A stretch of DNA of 63,549 nucleotides, the filler included, from Octopus bimaculoides (Eukaryota), in the NCBI RefSeq assembly GCF_001194135.2. It is 6 parts of 6 records of this genome, joined end to end, with 100 filler letters (N's around TTAATTAATTAA, not from the genome) between each part and the next. Parts side by side here need not be neighbours in the genome. Positions count along the whole stretch, not along the records: positions 47,070 to 61,190 come from NC_068991.1; positions 61,291 to 63,549 come from NC_068988.1; 4 more parts are not named here. One strand, written 5' to 3'. The translations under genes and the position numbers were made by a program. The number at the start of each line of letters is the position of its first letter. Positions within the stretch are counted from its first letter, which is position 1. Shown here in pieces: positions 55,032 to 63,549 of this stretch. Under the pieces are notes generated by a model. The model made no database searches, had not been told where the DNA came from, and saw nothing but the letters and a program-made list of their open reading frames with translations.

Positions 55032-55766
55032 GTAATTAATATGTACTATTAAAATAATTTGAGGGAATGGAGAAAGTCGACTGACTCGTATATTAAGCAA
55101 AAAGCCACTCGGTTCTTTACTTACATTGTTCTACATTCTGAATTTTATAGAATAAAGTTTACTTAATATCACATAGATTTAATTGGAGCTCTTACAGTGA
55201 TAGAAAACTCATTAGTCTAATTAACGATCGGTTTTCTCTAAGACTTTCAGAGTTTTATTCTGGATAGTAAATATATATTGAATGAGTTTGTCATGACTCG
55301 AATTTGATACGGCTGCGATTCCTGATAAAAGGCAATTCTCTTCCATTACTTTATTAATCATCATCATATACCCAAACCTATTCCCCATTCTTTTGTTTAG
55401 GAGGGGTAACCACAGCAAGACACACACCAGGCATTCCATTCATTTCCCAGCTCAAAGGGGCGAGCCCCGTTCTATGCTCGGGTCAAGGCATAGAATGCAA
55501 CCCCCAATATCAGCAGCGGAGCCCGACAGCATATATTGGTTTACCCCCGCCGCATCATGTTGATTCCGTACCCCTCTGAGCAACATGAAAATTCACTCAT
55601 CCGTTCACAAACACTCTCTAAGCTATCCTATCATTTATAAACTCTCTTGCCTCTCTCTAACACTTCTAACTACCAAAGCTTTTGAGGGAGTGGAGAAAGT
55701 CGAATGACTCGTACACTAAACTAATAGTCACGTTATTAATACACTCAGAAAATGTACGAGGGTCTT

Positions 55767-55808
<42 letters not shown>

Positions 55809-55889
55809 CACTTGAAAGACCCTGCACTTGTTAAGCCCTGGGCAGACAGTGTATGCAATGGGAGGCCTTATGTGCACTATCCACATGGT

Positions 55890-56301
55890 TCTAGTAACAC
55901 ATGATCGCATAACCCCTAACATTTGGCCTTCTAAGTCCCCAGATCTCAATCCATTGGACTATTATATGTGGAGCGTTGTTGAGAAAGAGGTCAATAAACA
56001 CGCCTATAACACCAAAGCTTCTTTGAAAGGTGCCATAGTCAGAGTAATGTCCAAAATGAACCAAGATTCTTGATTCAAGTATGTAGATGACTTAGATCTC
56101 ATATAGAAGCAGTCGTTGAGGCTGAAGGTGGCTTTATTGAATACCATTATGGAAAAGAAGGTTTATTTCTATCCTCATAGCATGTTTTGATAAATAAAGT
56201 TATCTGTTATTATATATGTTTTTTCTATTTATTATCTATTATATATCTGTTTGTTTTTATAAATATAAATCTGTCCTCTCAAATATCTTACGCACCCTGT
56301 A
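55890..56301 (+). mobile_element. Tc1/maT-type transposon 3' fragment
   Basis: WPSKSPDLNPLDYYMW motif, EAVVEAEGGFIE*, terminal cgcaccctg-TA. Confidence 0.85.
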
Positions 56302-56330
56302 TATATTTCAACTTCCATCTAATGAAGATA

Positions 56331-56366
<36 letters not shown>

Positions 56367-56643
56367 TATATATATATATACATATATATATATNNNNNNN
56401 NNNNNNNNNNNNNNNNNNNNNNNNNNNNNNNNNNNNNNNNNNNNNNNNNNNNNNNNNNNNNNNNNNNNNNNNNNNNNNNNNNNNNNNNNNNNNNNNNNNN
56501 NNNNNNNNNNNNNNNNNNNNNNNNNNNNNNNNNNNNNNNNNNNNNNNNNNNNNNNNNNNNNNNNNNNNNNNNNNNNNNNNNNNNNNNNNNNNNNNNNNNN
56601 NNNNNNNNNNNNNNNNNNNNNNNNNNNNNNNNNNNNNNNNNNN

Positions 56644-56700
56644 TAAAGATACTTTCTGCCACGTGTGTCATCTCTGTTTCGCTGATAAAATTATTGGCAG
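56644..56700 (+). CDS. SLC22-like exon, 5' end lost in gap (KILSATCVISVSLIKLLA), TM9
   Basis: GCAG|GTAATA donor in phase 1, as the next exon requires; the acceptor lies in the N-run 56394-56643. Confidence 0.7.
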
Positions 56701-58016
56701 GTAATATTAAGCATATATATGTTCTATATTTGTAGCATGTTTTTTTTTTCCTTTAACAACCTTTTAATCACTTTGTTCATCCTACTATTTACTTTTCTGC
56801 AATAGTGTTTTATGGTATCTCACTCAGGTAGTAGGCTTAACATCCACTTGCTTGTCACAGCGACATCGAAATTTCTACGTTCACCCATGAAAACGTGGTG
56901 ATATCTGCAGTTTTAATTGTCGATTTCTAACATCAGAAGGGAATATATTAATCCCATAAATGTGACATAGTAAATAAATCCTTCCTTCCAAGCGCCACGG
57001 TAAATATCGACATCAGTCATATTAGCGTCCTTAAATTTGGTCGAAATAATGTATACATGAATGTTTAGCAGTGTAGCGCATGTCTGTAATGGCACAGTAT
57101 AGGCAAATTCTGCACCCTTCTTTCTATATCTTTCTCTCACTCTATCTCTCTCGCTTTCATTCTCTATCTATTTCTTTCCTATTGCTTTCCCTTTCTTTCA
57201 CTATCTTTCTCTAGCTCTATCACTATCTCTTTCTTTATTATTACTATTCATATTATTATTCATAATTTCATAACAATACCAATGTTATTGTCTATATTCA
57301 ATACTCTATATTACATTCCAGTTCGATTCTATCTAACACTATGTAATCGACAGTACTACAATGTGCCAATATCTTAGATTTTATAGTTGCTTTTCAAATA
57401 TTGTAGTTATCAAAATATTCATTTCTCATCTGCCCAACTTTCACTTTCAAAATTATAGTTTCATATCACTAAAATAAAGACTGGTTCACTTCTTACAGTT
57501 TGTCTTTTCCAAAGTTTCCTAAATCATTTATCCAACTTGTCACTCTATCCCCATTTATTGCTAACAGTTTCCATTCATTTCCTGGGTCCAAAAGGCATTT
57601 AAGACCTAAGGTACGGTGGTTTTTCAGAATTTCAGCTGACATTCCTGTAAAACTGGCTGAACGCCAAGTTGCGGTGAATAGAAGTTTCTGTTATTTCTCT
57701 AACATGTTTAATTCAAACATGTGGGAGAAACGAGCACCGCGATGGAGAGTGGCTACGGCAACGCATGTCGCTGGCCTTTCTCTGTGGCAACACTATCGCG
57801 ATCATTACCACGGCTCAGTAGCCCTCTTGTTCTGGGGTCTATATAATTGTTAAACATTCACCTAAAATGAATGGCTTTTGCCTATATTAGAAATCACCAT
57901 TGTTTGTTATTTGGTTGTTATTATTATTGTTGATATTGACATACCTTTTATTGGTTTCATCGAATTCTTGCCTAAACACTAAGGCTCATTTCATCGTTAA
58001 CGTATTTTTCTTCTAG

Positions 58017-58137
58017 AGAGCAGTAAAACAACGGAATATGCCATTCTCGCTTTGTATGTTGTGACCGCCGCTGGACTGAATGCTGCTTCGTGTGGTGATT
58101 ACATTTACACCTCAGAACTCTACCCTACACAAATAAG
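58017..58137 (+). CDS. SLC22-like exon (ESSKTTEYAILALYVVTAAGLNAASCGDYIYTSELYPTQIR), TM10
   Basis: ttttcttctag acceptor, AG|GTACGA donor, 121 nt; diagnostic YxYTSELYPTxIR motif. Confidence 0.93.
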
Positions 58138-58722
58138 GTACGAAACAACTGGTAATAAATGTTTCTGTAGAAATGGCAAGATACCTACCTTTGTTTTTAT
58201 ATGGCTCAGATCCTGGGAATTAAATTTGGAATTCAAAATTGAAATAAAATTTAACTGAGCCTCAAATTCGTATTAGAATAGATGAATACATTTCCATAAT
58301 TTCAATCATAGTTCGAATCTGTTTTATTTTAATTAACTAATTGCTTATTTATATTTTCCTAAGTCATGTCGTCCCCTAGACTTACTTAATTTCCTTTCTT
58401 CTAAAACTTTTGATTTTATCAATTTGAAGTTGAAAGACTTACATTCTACTAATTTAGGAATGAGAGAAGTTTAAACTAGTTAAGTTGATTGCTGAAATTT
58501 GATTGGTGTTTGGAGACATTAGGAAAATGGATTTGGAGACAGAGTTGAAACAATGTAATCGTCGTTACATTTGAAAACAAGTTAAACAAACGAGACATTA
58601 TTTTCTGTAGAGTGTAACCTCTTCTTCTACCTTTTATAACTTATCATTGTATCTGAAGTATTTCTCGACTTATAAATTCTTATTAAACATTGTTTATCGC
58701 CGTAAATCGCTTGTGATTGTAG

Positions 58723-58795
58723 AAGTGTTGGAAGTGGTTTTGCTACAACCTTTACACGCCTTGCATGCATGGCATCACCTTTCCTCAAACTCGTG
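58723..58795 (+). CDS. SLC22-like exon (SVGSGFATTFTRLACMASPFLKLV), TM11
   Basis: gtgattgtag acceptor, GTG|GTAAGT donor, 73 nt; GxG.....R+....+P motif. Confidence 0.9.
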
Positions 58796-58997
58796 GTAAG
58801 TGAACACCCTTTCTATCGAATCTAAACTTTAAAAATATTCAACTACATGGTCTTAATTACTAAGACTGTTATCAATGATTTTCATTATATAACACGTGCT
58901 ACTACATACATATATAGTGGTATCAAAGTCTGTAGCTAACACTATTAATACTATCCGTTTCACCCGCCAGCTATTTGCATATCTATGGAATATGTGT

Positions 58998-59715
58998 TCC
59001 AAAAAACATACAAAGTACATTCCAGAAGTTTTGAGAGATTTTCAAGAGGGACACTTATTTATTTCACAGAAACACAAAACTCCAATGTCCTTCAATCTAC
59101 GATCCCCTGCACTTGTTTTAGAGCTCCATCTACTTCGTAAAGTCCCCATCGTATTCCTCTAAAGTGAAGGTTTCAGGATTCTTGTCACAGCCTCCTTAAT
59201 CTTCTTAATGTTTTCAAAATGACTTTCCCTTAGGTTTTCCTTCAGCAACTAAAAATCACAAGGAGCAAGGTCTGGATTGTAAGGAGAGTGAGGGAAATGT
59301 TGATGCCCATCTCTGTCACATTACTGGACTGGAATTGTGAACTGGTGCATTGTCCTGATGGAAGTGCCACCGACCCGAGTGGAAGAGCTCCGGCATTTTG
59401 CGAGAAATCTTTTTGTGAACTCTCAAAACCTCAACAAAAATACTCTTTGTGGACCGTCTGGCCAGAGGGACCACAATGGATATAAATGATGTCCTAGCTG
59501 TCAAAAAAGGGGATCATCATGAGCTTCCCGGTGGATTTGCTTTGCCTGTCCCCTTGTGCCAGCGAAAAACAGATACTTGACCCACAAAAGTTAACCCATA
59601 AGCAGTCTGGAACATTTCAAAAGTTTCTGTAGCGTTTTTCCCAAGTTTAAGAGAAAATTTTATTGGAATGCAAGTTTCCAAATTGTCTTCAGGTTCCAAC
59701 TGCATTCTGCAAACT
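58998..59715 (-). mobile_element. Internally deleted mariner
   Basis: Minus frames KLGKNATETFEM, WHFHQDNAPVH and a YSPDLAP remnant. Confidence 0.85.
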
Positions 59716-59773
59716 AATCAGCAGTGACAAGCATTCTTTAGTAGGGTGTGTGTTCCGAGTACTGTACAGCTCG

Positions 59774-59822
<49 letters not shown>

Positions 59823-60058
59823 NNNNNNNNNNNNNNNNNNNNNNNNNNNNNNNNNNNNNNNNNNNNNNNNNNNNNNNNNNNNNNNNNNNNNNNNNNNNNN
59901 NNNNNNNNNNNNNNNNNNNNNNNNNNNNNTCTCTCTCTCTCTCTCTCTCTCATTTTCTCTCTCTCTCTCACTCTCTCCCCCTCTTTCTTCGTTAGTATTC
60001 TTTACTTTTATAACGTTTTCTCTCACGAAAGCAGTTTTCTCTTCCTAAAGTGATATTT

Positions 60059-60090
<32 letters not shown>

Positions 60091-60172
60091 TTCATTAAAT
60101 CTTTATCTCTCTCTCTCACTTGCACATTCATTCCGTTTATTTGTTTTTTCTTTCAATATTTATACAATGCCA

Positions 60173-60392
60173 AGGCGGCGAGCTGGCAGGATCGTTAGCG
60201 CGTCGGGCGAAATGCTTAGCGGTATTTCGTCTGTCTTTACGTTCTGAGTTCAAATTCCGCCGAGGTCGACTTTACCTTTCATCCTTTCGAGGTTTGATAA
60301 ATTAAGTACCAGTTGCGAACTGGCGTCGATCTAACCGACTGGCACCCTCCCCCAAATTTTCGAGTCTTGTGCCTAGAGTAGAAAAGAGTATT
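60173..60392 (+). mobile_element. tRNA-derived SINE family 1, near full length
   Basis: aggcggcgagctggcag head, B-box-like gagttcaaattcc, 3' gtcgataaattaagtaccag...ttgtgcc; more than a dozen similar copies in the window. Confidence 0.9.
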
Positions 60393-60631
60393 TATATAAT
60401 ACCAAATGCATCTGTGAGAATAAGCTGTTCTCTACCAGAACAAAGTCTTTTATATATGAAACAGAACAAGTGTAATTAGTCAAAGCACATACTTGGTCCT
60501 TCGACAATACAGCTATTTCCATTGGTCAAGATCATATCCTTTCTTGGACCATGTTGTTTGGTCTGTTATTTCTATCTATCAATGAATACCCTTTATATAA
60601 TTTCACTAATGTAGTAATTTTCTATGTACAG

Positions 60632-60808
60632 GCTTTGGCAGTTCCGTGGGCTCCTGGGATTATCATAGGAACCGGATGTATATTCTCTTCAATTTTGCTC
60701 CAAGCACTTTTACCAGAAACAGGAAACCGTGTCTTACCTCAGACGATTGAAGATGTGAACGTGATACAGAAGAAAAAGAAGAATATAAAAATTCCAACTA
60801 TATCGTAA
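60632..60808 (+). CDS. SLC22-like last coding exon (ALAVPWAPGIIIG...LLPETGNRVLPQTIEDV...IPTIS*)
   Basis: tctatgtacag acceptor; LPET....LP.TIED C-terminal signature; stop at 60806-60808. Confidence 0.93.
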   Translation, partial: ALAVPWAPGIIIGTGCIFSSILLQALLPETGNRVLPQTIEDVNVIQKKKKNIKIPTIS

Positions 60809-61290
60809 AGACAATAAGATAATCACTATAATTTGCCGTAATCTCGGTCAGCAAGATTAGTTTCATTAGAAATTCAAGATGTGAAATATATGCTGGAGTG
60901 ATGCAAATGCATACATACTTACGTACATACAGACTGACCGATATATAGATAGATAGATACATACATACATACATACATACATACATACATACATACATGC
61001 ATGCACACATACATACCTATAGGTATATATGTATATATAGGTGAGAAAGTTGGTATGTGAAAGCACGTGGTTGGATGTATAAAAGATAATAAGAGTGAAA
61101 AAACTACAGAAGGCTTGTGTTACATGGTTAAAGTATATATTTAAATTATGTCAGAAAAATGTTATAAAATCTTTTTGGTATATAAACATTNNNNNNNNNN
61201 NNNNNNNNNNNNNNNNNNNNNNNNNNNNNNNNNNTTAATTAATTAANNNNNNNNNNNNNNNNNNNNNNNNNNNNNNNNNNNNNNNNNNNN

Positions 61291-61328
<38 letters not shown>

Positions 61329-63549
61329 TTTTATTCTTTTACTCGCTTCAGGCATTTGACTGCGGCCATGCGGGACTCTGTAAGCCTAGTACTTATTGTA
61401 TCGGTTCTCTTTTGCCGCGTTCAAAAGCTTCGGGGACGTAAACACACCAACATATGTTGTAAAGCGATGACGGTGGGCGGGGGTGGGGTCAAACGCACAA
61501 ACAAATACACATAAATACACACACATAAATACAGGTACTTTATTTTGTCAACCTTTCAAGGATTGACGGGAAGGTTTCCTTCGGCGCAATTTTACTTCAG
61601 AATGTAAGCAATAATGAACTTCGGCAAGATGTTTGTCCAGTGATGTAACGATCTTTCCAGTCTTGAGTTCAAGATTTCAAAATCTTTGAGGTAGAAATGC
61701 CGTTACCTAGTTACCGTTAACCGCAGTGTATCACTGGAATATATTTCGATGGCCCAGAAGCATGTATAGCGAAGTTAGCCTCGATGAAGATCGGATCTCC
61801 GAATGCAGAGACCACAGCGAAATACTACAAAATATTTTGTTAGACGCTCTGACTTTGTCAATCCACTTCCCTATTTTTTTCAAAATTTCCCTTTTTTTAT
61901 TTCTACCATGAAAACTTTCTATTCCAACCAATCTATCGCCCAGATTCTTTCAAAACTCTGCCCTCATTCTACCAATTAATATTGCTGCTTCTACCAACAT
62001 ACATTGCTGCATCTACCAGCGCTCCTCCATTTTTTTGTCAAAATACTACCCGCATTCTACCAAACCATTTTCGGTTTCTACCAATCTATCTCTCTGTTTC
62101 TTTCCAACCTCATTTTACCAGCCAACTTTTCTTTTTTCTACCAATCTACGTATTTTTCACTTAGATTCCACTCATATTAGGTTGAAGAACAGACGCCATC
62201 GATGGCGAGCAAACTAGGAGACAGCTTTTTGCTTCACTTCTTAACAAATTTACTCTAAAACATTATGGATGACAGGAAAATATACAACTTGGAAACAGAT
62301 TTGCGCTAAATACATCACTGTCACGAATTCTGATTCTCTTGAAGAACGATGATCAATATGTCATTATTAAACTCATCATTTCACTAATCGCATGCTGCAA
62401 AATATCAAACTCCCATCACCATCTATAAATTTGAAAATTTTAAACTTTCATTTACGTAATATATTAGCCACAGGAATTCTTCCATAGTTTTACCTTCAGT
62501 AGCACCTTAATTGCAGTAGGGACGATCAAAAGCATAGCATGTCCCACCTCCTTCATGTTACAATTATTTAATTCTACGACAGCCCCCAATGAACAAAACA
62601 CATTGAAGCTTCGGCCATCCAGCCTCAGCTTTTCATTGAAGCCTCAGCTATCCAGCCACAGTCCGTGGGCCCATTTACATTTTAAAACGTTAGGGTATGT
62701 GAGATGCGGGATATTTTGCTTCTATTTCTAGCAGTTAAATTACCATGTACAAAATCCCTTCTTGATTTATAGTGAATCATTTTCCCCTCTACCAATTCAG
62801 GGACGATACAACCTGCAGCCAATGAATTAGTAAAGTGACTCTCTTTATTACAAAATACCGACCCCTTTTGAACACATCTACAACAACCGACGTATCTACA
62901 CATAACACACACGTAAATAACACACACGCAAATATTAAAAATGATACATTCAAGAGATACCCAAGAATTCATTAAAAACAGTCCCAATTACTGCTATAAT
63001 CCACAACGAGCCACTTTTAGGTCACTTGACCATTTAACATCCTACTACTAACATACCATCCCGCATTCCCTTATCATTCTCTCTTCTTCTTCTTCCTCTC
63101 CGCCACCTCCTTCCTTACTTTACTACTACTGCTGTTTAGAATAACTCCTACGCAAATATTATAAACAATACATTCAAAAGAGATATCTCAAGAATTCAAT
63201 CCCTACTACCATCTACATCAAGTCACTTCCAGGGCACTTCACCATTTAACATCCTACTACTACTATGGCACTCCCACATTATTCTTCTCCTTCTCTTTCA
63301 CCTTCTCCTACTCTTCCTTCTTCTTCTTCTTCTTCTTCTTCTTCTTCTTCTTCTTCTTCTTCTTCTTCTTCTTCTTTTTCTTCTTCTTCTTCTTCTTCTT
63401 CTTCTTCTTCTCCTCCTCCTCCTCCTCCTCTTCTTTCTTCTTTTTCTTCTTCGCCAAGAATTCACATCGACTTCGAACCCACAAGCGTAAACAAGAGAGA
63501 CAGACAGGCAGAAACAAGGAAAATGCCCCTTGTATTTGAATACTATACA

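Overview
AT-rich, microsatellite-saturated animal genomic DNA from a gappy draft assembly. The SINE families resemble those I recall from octopus, so a coleoid cephalopod is likely; this is inference, not a database result. Two multi-exon genes can be rebuilt by hand with canonical splice sites and consistent phases. (1) A minus-strand Shroom gene: 5 exons from 46206 to 26831, 514 visible codons, ending in an ASD2/SD2 ROCK-binding domain. (2) The 3' part of a plus-strand, divergent SLC22-type MFS transporter: 7 exons from 49077 to 60808, one partly in a gap. Neither 5' end is securely found; both point toward a 100-bp placeholder gap at 46970-47069. A probable first coding exon of a third gene (MAAFNCRRLLA, minus strand) lies at 4411-4445. 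The rest is tRNA-derived SINEs (three families), decayed R4/Dong-like, RTE, CR1/L2 and Penelope retroelements, Tc1/mariner, hAT and Merlin-like DNA elements, and a Helitron end. The strongest unexplained observations are: a type I hammerhead-ribozyme-like motif on the sense strand of an SLC22 intron; a 58-bp piece of an SLC22 exon copied into a neighbouring mariner; loss of the conserved Arg in the Shroom LSxRLA motif; a Merlin-like element carrying telomeric repeats; and a SINE-derived 120-bp array with an internal inversion. I see no evidence of a wholly new multi-gene system.
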